The notes: generated by a model from the letters alone, not told the origin. DNA of 62,900 nt, filler included, from Octopus bimaculoides (GCF_001194135.2; 5 parts of 5 records of this genome joined end to end with filler, not necessarily neighbours in it); one strand, 5' to 3'. Counted from the whole stretch's first letter, positions 20,881 through 33,107 are shown. Program-made: numbers and translations.

Positions 20881-22862
20881 CAACAATTCTGGCTAATTTT
20901 ACATTCTTCCTATTTAATCTAGCTATGATGGTACCTATATTGAGGAGAACAGAGTATGAGATTCTAACTGTCTTACGGGAAAAGATTCTATTATATCTAT
21001 GAGAAGAAGGGAAGTTCTTTTCAAAAATAGCCATAAATTTTCTATATATGTTTGTGGATAATGCACAGTTGTATGGGATATTGAACCAGATGATATTCTT
21101 ACCTTTAAATTTTTTGTGTAAGTAAGGGTGGGATATATTTGTACTATCCCTGTTCCTTAGAATTGTACCATGATTAATAGTTTTGTATATATTTCTAGTG
21201 GATTCCTTATTTGGAGGAGTAACCATTTCTTTTTCATCGTCACCTTTTTTATCTAACCTAAACTTTTTACTCGTTTTAGTACCTTGTCTCCTATCGAAGC
21301 ATACTCTATTATTATTATTTAAAATGTTTAAAGCTTATAGGATGGGTTATCATTTGGTATTTTTTCACAACTAAGTAAGCTAGTAGACTTTCTATTACTC
21401 AAACTATCATTTTTTCCTCTATTAAAAGGAGCTGAACTCTCAGGACTGAGAAAAGTAATTCCCTGGTCATATCCTGCTTTAGACAAAGCAATATTAGAGT
21501 GGTATGAATGGGAATTAAAAAATCAATGTTTGATGATAATTTAGTAATTCTCCTAGAAATACTTTTAACTACCGATTTTAATACCTTAGGTGGGTGATTT
21601 GATAATTTATTCACATATCTTGTAACCTTACCTTCCTTCTTATAGGAGTAGTATAATTTAGAGTTAATGTTTAAAGTAATATCCAAAATATTTACTACTT
21701 TGGTGCCATATTCATACGTAATACTTAAGTTAAAGATTTTGAAAAATTTACTAATTCTCTTTCTCATTCTTTCTATGATTGATTTATTGTTGCTAGGGAT
21801 GAATAGAGCATCATCCCTATATAGATCTCCCTGTAATTCAGGGATTTCCCTATTTAGGCACATTAAAAGGTACACACCCACTAGATTTGTGATTTCAGCC
21901 AAGTCACTCTAGCCCATAGCTATATCAAAGTTTTCTGGGGTATCAGCCCTAGTCCAAAGTTTGCCCTCAAATTCTATAATAATTCTTCTAGCTAACAGAA
22001 TAATATCAATTTTATCCCTAGTTATAGGAGAAAGGTTTTTAGCAAAACTAAGAGACTTATTTAGAAGAATGGGGGATATACTTGAATAATAACTATTAAT
22101 GTCAAATTAGATAAAAGAATAATTACTTATGTTATCAATGGATTTAAACCAATGAATTGCCTCGTCTGTACCAATCCATAATTTTAGAGTTAGGTTGGAA
22201 ATTATAAGGGGTAGAATATTGTCAAGAATAGACTTACTAAGCTGACCAATATCAGACTTAGTCGGGCAAATTAGTCTTACAGTATGATTATCCTGGAAGT
22301 TGTTCTTGTGGTCTTTCAGGTTAATCCTAGGTTCACTTGGTGTTAGTGGTTCTGTTCTGTCTGCCAAGTCATAATCCATCATAACTTCCTTGATTTTCAA
22401 ATTGATATCTAATAGATTCTTTTTTTATGTTATTTTATATTTAGTGTTGAGTTCCTTCATTACAAGTTTCCTATAGGTGGTATAGTCAAGTCTATATAAG
22501 TTTCCGGTTTTATCCACTGGGACTAGAATGCCTGGTTTGTTATGCAATGGCTTAATAAATTCCTTTAGTTTTCTCAGATGTCAGTTTTTTCTAAGTGGGT
22601 GTTCCTTGAATTTTACATTAGCAATAAGATCAAATAATTTTCCAGTAGTGGACTAGGTGGCGGATTTTTCCTGTTTTTGAATATCTTCTGATAATAATTC
22701 TTCTCATGTGTTTCTAGAGTTCTATTTTTCTTCCTGATGTTAAGCAATCCACTTAATCCTTCGAACAAACTTGTTTGTTCTATAGATTAGTAGCCACATA
22801 TAGGTATCTTTACTATATAAGGGGATGTCCTTCTGAGAAAATTCTATATTTACCCTTCCCAT
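19990..22862 (-). mobile_element. Full-length but disrupted Penelope-like element ORF (RT + C-terminal GIY-YIG), Hydra-clade-like
   Basis: ATG at 22862; VDKTGNLY, LKDHKNNF..RLICPTKSDIG, FDINSYYSSI, FDIAMG*SDLAE, LYRDD, NIIWFNIPY, CNCRVKSCCPLLGRC, VVYKC, NHVSSF, LSSKIWELK, CELC and SCVH; final stop at 19990-19992. At least 8 internal stops and several frameshifts. Confidence 0.9.
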
Positions 22863-23284
22863 CCTGTTGAAAATTAAGTACCAGAAATATGCTTTGGATA
22901 TGGTAGATGAGTTCAGATGAATATGGTACTTAGGTTGAGGAACCAGAATTTAGTACGGTATTATCCATACAATTTCAAAGTAAGGTGATTAAAATCAAAA
23001 TAAGCAACAAGGAAATCCACGTCCACAAATTAGCATGCATGTCGCTCCAATTTTAGGAGGACATTCATCTCGACCCTAGCTGTATTTTCATCAAATTATT
23101 TTCCCCCCAAGGCACCAGTGAATAGCGGTAAAAATAAATTTTCAACCAAAACTTAACAATTTTCACAGCGGAGAAATCACCATTGTTTACAGATATGAGT
23201 TAAATCCCCTTCTAGCAATGGGTAAATTTTTAAGAGATTTGTTTTTTTTTTTCCATTGAGGAAAAAAGTGTTTTGTCAATATAC

Positions 23285-23506
23285 GGGCATCACACACACA
23301 CACGTATGTACACCTATTGCATACATGTTCATGTGTGTGTGTGACTGAAGCCATTTACACATAAATACACACATAACAACCCCTCTCTTTTTTTGTCTGC
23401 CAATCACAAACTAAAAAGACGAAATAAAAAAGTCTTATCTTTTTAGTGAGTGATTGACAGACAGAAAGAGAGAGAGGGGTTGTTATGTATGTGTGAATGG
23501 CTTCAG

Positions 23507-23542
<36 letters not shown>

Positions 23543-23570
23543 AATAGGTGTACGTACGTGTGTGTGTGTT
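23285..23570. mobile_element. Palindromic (CA)n-containing fold-back element (truncated inverted copy at 15367-15545)
   Basis: The arms gtacacctatt..gactgaagccatt..ataacaacccctctct..caatcac..actaaaaaga pair around a ~18-bp loop; the same sequence occurs at 15367-15545. Confidence 0.8.
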
Positions 23571-23795
23571 NNNNNNNNNNNNNNNNNNNNNNNNNNNNNN
23601 NNNNNNNNNNNNNNNNNNNNNNNNNNNNNNNNNNNNNNNNNNNNNNNNNNNNNNNNNNNNNNNNNNNNNNNNNNNNNNNNNNNNNNNNNNNNNNNNNNNN
23701 NNNNNNNNNNNNNNNNNNNNNNNNNNNNNNNNNNNNNNNNNNNNTATATATATATATATATATATATATCATATTTGACAATTATTCTGTTGCCA

Positions 23796-23858
23796 TAATA
23801 AAACTCCGAGTTTCAGATGTTGGGGCAGAAAACTGCCCCGGCATCTCGTCAGTTATTA
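23796..23858 (-). ncRNA. Type I hammerhead ribozyme
   Basis: taataa CTGACGA gatg cc ggggcag tttt ctgcccc aa catc t GAAA ctc g gag TT ttatta: 6-bp stem I, long stem II, 3-bp stem III. Confidence 0.8.
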
Positions 23859-24289
23859 AGACATGCAAAAGTGCTATGAATGTTACCATTAAACAAATAG
23901 AAATTACTATGTAAATGACCAAATGTTAAGACAAACAAATGAGCTATCAGAATGACTGTTTAAGAAAGGGAAAAAACCTGAAAGCGAAAAAGTAAAAAAC
24001 GCTCATAGAACTCACGTACACATATGTGCACATGCACACCCACATACATGTGCCCTTATGCATATGGTCAGTAACACTCGCGTGAAACACATACATACAT
24101 ACTGACACACATGCCTATATGTGCACATATATGTAGCCATACACATGTCCACATACATGTCTGCACACACACACACACATGTACACATATCTATAGATGC
24201 ACAATTATATTCATATACGCTTAAATACACATATGCTATATATGCATATGCTCACTCACTCGCGTGAAACACATGCATGCGTGCCCACA

Positions 24290-25032
24290 CCCAATGCTTG
24301 ATTGAACTGAAAGAATTTCTGCTCAAACAAAAATACCCATCACTACTTATAGAAAATGGTATTCAGTGGGCTGTGAAAATGCCCACACAACAACTGAGGA
24401 CAATGCAAAGAAGACAAAAACAAGAACAAATCATACGATTTACAGTAACCCACAATCCATGCCACCAGAACATCTTTAATATCGCTAAAGCAAACCTACC
24501 AATCATTGCTCAAAGTAAGGAATTAAGAGATATCATTACAGACCAAACTATAACTCTCAGTAAAAGACAGCCTAAAAGCTTCGAAAAGTTATTAACAAAG
24601 GCAAGGTTTGATCTTAGCAACAAAGACCAACCGTTCACTGTGTCTAAATGCAATGATAGCCAATGCGGTACATGCCAATTAATTCATACCGGCCCATATA
24701 TGAACACAAAAATGGAGAAAATATTCACAAATGCAAATATGAACTGTAAAAGCAGAAATTTAATCTACTGCATCAAATGCCCGAATTGTGAAGAACTGTA
24801 TGTTGGCCAGACAGGCAATGCACTATCAGAAAGGTCATATGTGCACTGATAACAAATTAAAAATCTAGAAATACACCAAATACTGCTGAGTAACAATCTA
24901 GCAACATATGGCTGGAAAATATTTATAATATTTCCATTTCATAAACTATACAATCCGAATGAAATTGAGTGAAAACTGAGAGAAAAGGACTTTATTAATA
25001 AATTCAAACCCAAGCTTAATAAACAATGATAA
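24290..25032 (+). mobile_element. Penelope-like element 3' fragment (Neptune-like Cys linker + GIY-YIG)
   Basis: LIELKEFLLKQKYP, THNP, KRQPKSFEKLLTKA, CNDSQCGTC, NCKSRNLIYCIKCPNCEELYVGQTGNALSER..H, then two stops and ..REKDFINKFKPKLN*. Confidence 0.9.
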
Positions 25033-25261
25033 AAAATAATCTTATTTAAGGTTTAAAAGTCTTATTCTCATATCTAAAAAATTAAAATCTCTAAAAAGTA
25101 CTGCTGTCATCATTTCTAAAAATAAACTCTGAAAAATGGTATGGCATCATTTCTAAAAGTAGCCAAGCAACTACTACTTCTATCCACAGGAATGTATATA
25201 AAGGACAAAATTTAAGCAGTCAACCACAGTTGAAACCAATGATTACAACTGTCACCACCAA

Positions 25262-25304
25262 TGAACCTGAAGATTGCATATATGCAAGAAAGTATACTAG
25301 TTCA
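25262..25304 (+). ncRNA. Minimal type I hammerhead ribozyme in the PLE 3' UTR
   Basis: tgaac CTGAAGA ttgca tata tgcaa GAAA gtatac TA gttca: all three stems pair and stem III is palindromic. Confidence 0.85.
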
Positions 25305-25495
25305 ATAAGAATGGACATTTAATATTTCATTTGTTTAATAAGAATAGACAATTAATATTTCATTTCATTTCTTTTTACTAAATTATTTTATATCTTATAT
25401 TAATATTAGAAGATTATAAAAGAAAATGTGAAAAACAGAGTTGGAATTCCTTTGAGTAATATATATATATTTTTTACAGGAATTTTCAATGGCCG

Positions 25496-25557
25496 GATAA
25501 CTGAAGAGATGTTGACGTGGGTGGTTCCCACCCCGGCATCCGAAACTCAGTTTTATC
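25496..25557 (+). ncRNA. Type I hammerhead ribozyme, same family as 23796-23858
   Basis: gataa CTGAAGA gatgttg..gtggg tggtt cccac..cggcatc c GAAA ctcag TT ttatc; the downstream catggctaccgaataa matches the minus copy. Confidence 0.8.
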
Positions 25558-26383
25558 ATGGCTACCGAATAAGTGTCACATAAANNNNNNNNNNNNNNNN
25601 NNNNNNNNNNNNNNNNNNNNNNNNNNNNNNNNNNNNNNNNNNNNNNNNNNNNNNNNNNNNNNNNNNNNNNNNNNNNNNNNNNNNNNNNNNNNNNNNNNNN
25701 NNNNNNNNNNNNNNNNNNNNNNNNNNNNNNNNNNNNNNNNNNNNNNNNNNNNNNNNNNATATATATATATATATATATATATACACAGTTTATATATATA
25801 TGTGTTTGTGTGTGTGTGTAAAGTGCTGCCTGACTGGCTCTCTTGCTGGTGGCACGTTAGCAGCACCATTTGAGCTTGGTCATTGTTAGTGCTTCTTAAG
25901 TGGCTTCCATGCCAGTGGCACGTATAAAGCGCCATTCAACTGTGGTTAGTGTCAGTACCGCATGACTGTTGATCTGGTGGCATATAAAAAGCACTCACTA
26001 ATCTCTGAGAGAGGTTGGTTTTAGGAAGAGCATCCAGCTGTAGAAACTTTGCCAGATCATATTGGAGTCTGGTGCAGCCTTCTGGCTTGCCAACCCTCAG
26101 TCAAAACATTGAACCCATGCAAGCATGGAAAGCTTACGTTGAACGATGATGATGATGAGGATGAATGATGATACCCTATGCATATTGAGATCTATGTTTT
26201 TGTATGTGCGTGCATATATGTGGATCCAGATATATGTATATACATATATATATAATTGGTTTACAAGAAAGATTTTGAATGGACCATTAAAGCTCATATT
26301 CCTTTATGCTGCCTGACTGTTGAACCAGTCTTTTGAGGTTGCATTGAACTGTACTGATATAATGTACAATAAATACAGTAATC

Positions 26384-26561
26384 ATAACAATAATCCTGGG
26401 ATAGAATTTATAAACATTTAATGCATTGCTATGCAAGTTTCCACAAATCTCGTGTCTCTGAAGATCATAACCCGTGTGGTCTTTAAGAGGCCTGTTATTT
26501 GTGGAAACACATGTAGCAATGCATTAAATGTTTATAAATACCATCCAAGGATTATTGTTAT
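26384..26561. repeat. Inverted repeat with ~65-bp arms (26384-26448 / 26497-26561)
   Basis: ataacaataatcc..atttataaacatttaatgcattgcta..gtttccacaaat and its reverse complement. Confidence 0.85.
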
Positions 26562-27263
26562 TATTAATATATATATATATATATGGATATGTACACACAC
26601 ACACACACACGCACATATATATAGATGGATATGTACATATATATATATATATGTACTAGCAGTATAACCTGACCTTGTCCGGGTGTGACTTATTACGCCA
26701 TCTACGATAAGTCTTGCTAGGTGAAAATCAACTAAAAAAGAAAGCCTTACAACGAAAAAACCCTTATGATGTAAATATGTTCATAATTCAAAAGATGATG
26801 AAATTAATAGGGAAAGTCTGGAGGCTGTTTTGCATAAAATTATTAAGAGTACGTAAATTTCATCCGTCTAATTGGCTATAGAAATGCTTGTGCAAAACAA
26901 CTTTTTCGCTGCCCTGATTATACATAGCAGGGTAATCCCTTTTCACAGGAGCTAGGACGGCAATTTCTGATGAAGCAATTGCTGGCGATCTGTTGCTACA
27001 CAGTTTTGCCAGAATTCTATCAGATTGGGCAGAAGATGTTGATGCACCATTTTGCATTATGTTCAAAGTAGCTTCTGGTATGTGGTGAATTGCTGCAGTC
27101 TATTGCTGTCATTTTAAACCGGTTGCTTTCTTTCCCCAGTAAACTCTCTTGTTTGGAGGCATAATCAATGTATATATTAAAGAGAACAACAAAAGTTATA
27201 ATACATGGCATGGTCGGTACTTTTCACATATCTGTAATTTTTCAGATTAACACCAGCACGATT

Positions 27264-27408
27264 ACCCAACCCTAATCTTAAACCTAATCCTAACACTAAC
27301 CCTAACACTAATCCTGAACCCTAACCCTAACCCCCTAACCCTGACCCTAAAACCATAACCGTAACACTAATCCTAACACTAACCATAACCCTAACCCTAA
27401 CACCCTAG
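27264..27408 (+). repeat. Degenerate interstitial telomere-like (CCCTAA)n tract
   Basis: About 24 hexamer-like units: ccctaa, cactaa, tcctaa, ccataa, cctgaa variants. Confidence 0.85.
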
Positions 27409-27729
27409 TGAAAATCGTGGTATATTTACAAAACATTGCCGAACATGTGTTATATTTTACTGAATGATTGTGTACTTGCACGTGTATGTGTTTGGGATTT
27501 CTTTCGGGACACCAAAGACTTGGTTTGCCGGGTCTTCTCACGCACACCGTATTTCCAAAGGTCTCGTTCAGAAGATTTCGCCTCAATATATATATATATA
27601 TATATATATATTATGTATATATGTATGTATATATATATATATTTCTATATACATGTTTGTATGTACATATACATATATTTGTTTGTTCTCTCTGTGTTTA
27701 GCCCCCTGTAGGCATGTCCCATTTTATAT

Positions 27730-27790
<61 letters not shown>

Positions 27791-28912
27791 CAGTGTACGT
27801 GCACTTTGGTCTCTTATATGTAAGTATATATTTATCTAAATCGTGTATGATTCTATTCTTCCTTCCTTTCATTTATTCTTTCCTTTTTTCTATCGGCCTT
27901 TCATGCTTACTTCATTCATTCCACACTTCATTCTTTCGTTTCCCCTCTCTCACATTTTTTTGCCTTCTCTTCATCCTCACTTTCTCTTCTCTTTTCACTT
28001 CACTGTGTCCCTGTCATTTTTCTCACCCCTCCTTATTTCTTCTGTCCCTCTGCCTCTACCTCTCTCTCTTCTCTCCCCACGTGACTGATGTTTGGCCAAG
28101 CCTAAGCTTTCTTTCTTGGTTCGGCTGCTGTCTGTGCAACATCCATATTCTTCTCTGTGCCTGTGAAAGATTGTATCCCTGCTGTAAGGGTTTACTTCCA
28201 CACAAGCCAGCTTAATTTAATTCGTCCTTAGTTGAAAGACACCTGTTGTTATGTCCTGTTATTTTTATTTGTGTAACATTCTCCATTTTTTCAGTCCTTG
28301 TTTTCGTATACATTCGCTGCTTTCTTCCAAGGAATCTAATGCTCTTAGCTTAGTTTTTCCTTGGGGCTGGCCAGATTGGAGCAATCTTGAATATAACCAG
28401 TCGAAATTGCAAAGATAATCTTGAACTTGACTGAGGAAAGAAAGCTCCGAATGACCTATCCTTGTTTTCTTTGTATCGTCTATCTAGATGTTTTGTTGTC
28501 CCCTTTTTTGTNNNNNNNNNNNNNNNNNNNNNNNNNNNNNNNNNNNNNNNNNNNNTTAATTAATTAANNNNNNNNNNNNNNNNNNNNNNNNNNNNNNNNN
28601 NNNNNNNNNNNATATATATTCACAGACAAGCAAATACACATCTGCTCGCACGCGTGCACACACACACGCACGCACACACACACACGCACGCACACACACA
28701 CACATGCACACACACACGCATACACATGTGTGTCTTATGTTAAATTATAATAAATGCAATTTTACATTAGTCTGAGGGTGGGTGTTGCTCTTTACCTTTG
28801 TAGAGTCCAAATTTATTCTTAAACAAGAATATTGTTGTCAATGACTTCGAAGTTTCGGCCAGTTGAGCCAGCGTCGATCATATGTAAGTATGTGTGTATG
28901 TATGTATGTATG

Positions 28913-28943
<31 letters not shown>

Positions 28944-29257
28944 CTTACTCCCTGTTTTTCTCTATACATCTCTCTCTCTCTCTCTCTGTACAAACACACA
29001 CACACACACACATATAGACATATATACCTTTCTATTTCAGCATAAAGCCAGCCATTTGAGTGAGATAACGCATCCATTACACAGACCCTAGAATTTGACA
29101 GGAACTTTATTTCATGGAATACCAATGAAAAGAAAATTTTGATCATGGTTGGGTTTGAACTGAGAATGTAGAGAGTCCGAAGAAATACTGGTTAGCATTT
29201 TCTCTGATGCTTTAACAATTCTACCTGCTCACCCCATTATATATTTGTGTACACACA

Positions 29258-29324
<67 letters not shown>

Positions 29325-30011
29325 NNNNNNNNNNNNNNNNNNNNNNNNNNNNNNNNNNNNNNNNNNNNNNNNNNNNNNNNNNNNNNNNNNNNNNNNNNNN
29401 NNNNNNNNNNNNNNNNNNNNNNNNNNNNNNNNNNNNNNNNNNNNNNNNNNNNNNNNNNNNNNNNNNNNNNNNNNNNNNNNNNNNNNNNNNNNNNNNNNNN
29501 NNNNNNNNNNNNNNNNNNNNNNNNNNNNNNNNNNNNNNNNNNNNNNNNNNNNNNNNNNNNNNNNNNNNNNNNNNNNNNNNNNNNNNNNNNNNNNNNNNNN
29601 NNNNNNNNNNNNNNNNNNNNNNNNNNNNNNNNNNNNNNNNNNNNNNNNNNNNNNNNNNNNNNNNNNNNNNNNNNNNNNNNNNNNNNNNNNNNNNNNNNNN
29701 NNNNNNNNNNNNNNNNNNNNNNNNNNNNNNNNNNNNNNNNNNNNNNNNNNNNNNNNNNNNNNNNNNNNNNNNNNNNNNNNNNNNNNNNNNNNNNNNNNNN
29801 NNNNNNNNNNNNNNNNNNNNNNNNNNNNNNNNNNNNNNNNNNNNNNNNNNNNNNNNNNNNNNNNNNNNNNNNNNNNNNNNNNNNNNNNNNNNNNNNNNNN
29901 NNNNNNNNNNNNNNNNNNNNNNNNNNNNNNNNNNNNNNNNNNNNNNNNNNNNNNNNNNNNNNNNNNNNNNNNNNNNNNNNNNNNNNNNNNNNNNNNNNNN
30001 NNNNNNNNNNN

Positions 30012-30089
<78 letters not shown>

Positions 30090-30603
30090 TACACATGTAT
30101 GTGCCTCGATCGATTCGTATACATGTGTGTATGGCGTGAACGAGTGTGTAGGGCATTTAAGGTAGATTTCATTTTACTTAACTTTATCAGTTGCTATATA
30201 TCTCTACAGTACTACAGTTATTTAAGGGACTGCAAGGTTTAATATCTCGTTTTTATCGCTGGCGAACTCTCGGTGTTGATCAAAATCATACATCAAACAT
30301 GAAACAGCCATACATCAAATGTATTGGAAAGTGTCATAGCTGCCAGAGAAGCCTTCGGCGTTCTCTCTTGAAACTGCAAAATACACATAAACACAGAGGC
30401 AGATCAAAGCAAAGCGACTGATATATAGGTGAGAATGTGCATGCATATACATGTACATATACATACATACATACATACATACATACATACATACGTACGT
30501 ATATATATATATATATATGCGTATATGTATATATATGTATACATATATATGCTTATGTAATATAATATATTTATATATATAATATAACCATGCACACACA
30601 TAC

Positions 30604-30665
<62 letters not shown>

Positions 30666-31700
30666 GCATACAGATATTGATGGTGGCAGGTATGCAGTTA
30701 GGATGACTGATCGATTGATAGATAAATTGATAGATAGGACAGGTTCGGAAATCTATTACATAAGCCCGATCAGTATTATCATGCTACCGTAAATATATTC
30801 GAGTCCCATCGGAACCCCCTCATCTCTCCCTTTCCCTCTCGCTGCTCCTTTCTCTCTTTCTCCCTATTTCTCTCCTCCATCACCATCTCTCTCTGTCTTT
30901 CATTTGTACAATCTGTGCTATATTTTATGTGAAGGTCGATATTTTCGTAATTGTCTAACGTTATGTGCACCGAAACACTTGGAACTAACACCATCAAACG
31001 ACACATCACCATATCGAGCCAGTGAGGGAGCCTGAACGTAGACGCTTGGTATTTTAGAAATAGCAGCCAAATCTCCCACAAATCATGCATCAACATCAAA
31101 AAAAAAAAAAAATACAACAAAAGAACCCTCCTCCAAAAAAGAAAATAGGATAAAGAAAAACCAGAAAAGAAAACCATAACACATTGCATAATGTGCTTCT
31201 GGTTTACCGGTACATAGGTAAAGAGATGGGGTGGTCACGGCCGGGATGTCTTTGATCAAAGATCTGATCTATTAGATTTGAGGATAAAAAACAACAACAA
31301 CAGCAACAACGGCAGCAGCAGTTGCAGCAGTCAGCCTTGAGGCCTCTTCGTGGTTGTCTAAGCTGCTGGAAACAGCTGCCAAATCTCCCTCAGTTCATGT
31401 ATTGCTGTCTTTGAAAAAAAGGGGTGGGGGAAAAACAAAAAAAAAAGCAGGTGAAGAATTTCGATAATGCAGTCCGTTGTTTGCATTGTTCGATTGGAGG
31501 ATGGATATTCATGGTTGGAATGCTAAGTGTTAATGAACGGTGGGTTTTTTTGTTTAGTCAGTGTTCACTTAGAGCGAAACAACCAACACCATTACCAATA
31601 TTATTCATCAGAAAACAGCATCACAACCACCGCCATCTCCACCGCCATAACCACCGTCGCAACAGCACTATCACCGCCACGATCACCGCTGCTACCAACT

Positions 31701-31761
<61 letters not shown>

Positions 31762-32707
31762 GACGACGACGACGACGACGACNNNNNNNNNNNNNNNNNN
31801 NNNNNNNNNNNNNNNNNNNNNNNNNNNNNNNNNNNNNNNNNNNNNNNNNNNNNNNNNNNNNNNNNNNNNNNNNNNNNNNNNNNNNNNNNNNNNNNNNNNN
31901 NNNNNNNNNNNNNNNNNNNNNNNNNNNNNNNNNNNNNNNNNNNNNNNNNNNNNNNNNNNNNNNNNNNNNNNNNNNNNNNNNNNNNNNNNNNNNNNNNNNN
32001 NNNNNNNNNNNNNNNNNNNNNNNNNNNNNNNNNNNNNNNNNNNNNNNNNNNNNNNNNNNNNNNNNNNNNNNNNNNNNNNNNNNNNNNNNNNNNNNNNNNN
32101 NNNNNNNNNNNNNNNNNNNNNNNNNNNNNNNNNNNNNNNNNNNNNNNNNNNNNNNNNNNNNNNNNNNNNNNNNNNNNNNNNNNNNNNNNNNNNNNNNNNN
32201 NNNNNNNNNNNNNNNNNNNNNNNNNNNNNNNNNNNNNNNNNNNNNNNNNNNNNNNNNNNNNNNNNNNNNNNNNNNNNNNNNNNNNNNNNNNNNNNNNNNN
32301 NNNNNNNNNNNNNNNNNNNNNNNNNNNNNNNNNNNNNNNNNNNNNNNNNNNNNNNNNNNNNNNNNNNNNNNNNNNNNNNNNNNNNNNNNNNNNNNNNNNN
32401 NNNNNNNNNNNNNNNNNNNNNNNNNNNNNNNNNNNNNNNNNNNNNNNNNNNNNNNNNNNNNNNNNNNNNNNNNNNNNNNNNNNNNNNNNNNNNNNNNNNN
32501 NNNNNNNNNNNNNNNNNNNNNNNNNNNNTATATATATATATATATGATATTTTGATCTAATGAGCATATATCGAGTAGTGTGTTGAAGTGTTGAGTAGAG
32601 CTTTGGCACAGTTTGGGCTACCTGGTGTAATCCGTAGTCGGGGTATATTTCTGTTGGATCTAGTGCAGGAACTCTGTAGTGTCAGTTGAGATAATAACAA
32701 TAATAAA

Positions 32708-33107
32708 TTTTTAGGTAACGGGAAGACGGATTAGGTATAAATCCCTATTTCGTACAACGGTCGTTTTGACCCCTCTTGCTACTGTTCCTTATGACTGGGA
32801 CTCCGTTCAACATGTTGTGTTGCATCAATTTTGCTGCCTGTGTCTCATCAGGTACATCCATATATAAAGTTGTGTCCCGCTAAAGATCCTGAGTTTTGGG
32901 CGTCATGTTACAACCCAGAACAAACACAGGTTCTCTAGCGGGGCACAACTTTATGTATGGACGTACCTGATGAGAGCCAGACTGCAAAATTGATGTTATA
33001 CATGCTGAACTGAGTCCTACTTATAAGGGACAATAGCAGGATGGGTCGAAACGACCGTTGTACAAAATAAAGATTAATACCAACTCCACCTTCTCGTTAC
33101 TTAAGAA
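32708..33107. mobile_element. Fold-back element whose ~180-bp arms each carry a hammerhead with an extended stem II
   Basis: Arms 32708-32886 and 32932-33107 are diverged reverse complements; HHR cores at 32752-32855 (-) and 32963-33063 (+). Confidence 0.75.
32963..33063 (+). ncRNA. Type I hammerhead ribozyme with a 74-nt stem II insertion
   Basis: gtac CTGATGA [gagccagactgc...gcaggatgggtc, 74 nt] GAAA cg ac cg TT gtac; 9 of the 12 basal stem II positions pair. Confidence 0.65.

Noticed and set aside
19990-22862. In-frame TGA codons as selenocysteine, as in some Naiad PLEs
   Set aside because: The Cys positions of the CxCx5C and CxLC motifs use TGC/TGT, the TGAs are mixed with TAA/TAG and frameshifts, and the endonuclease is C-terminal, unlike Naiads.
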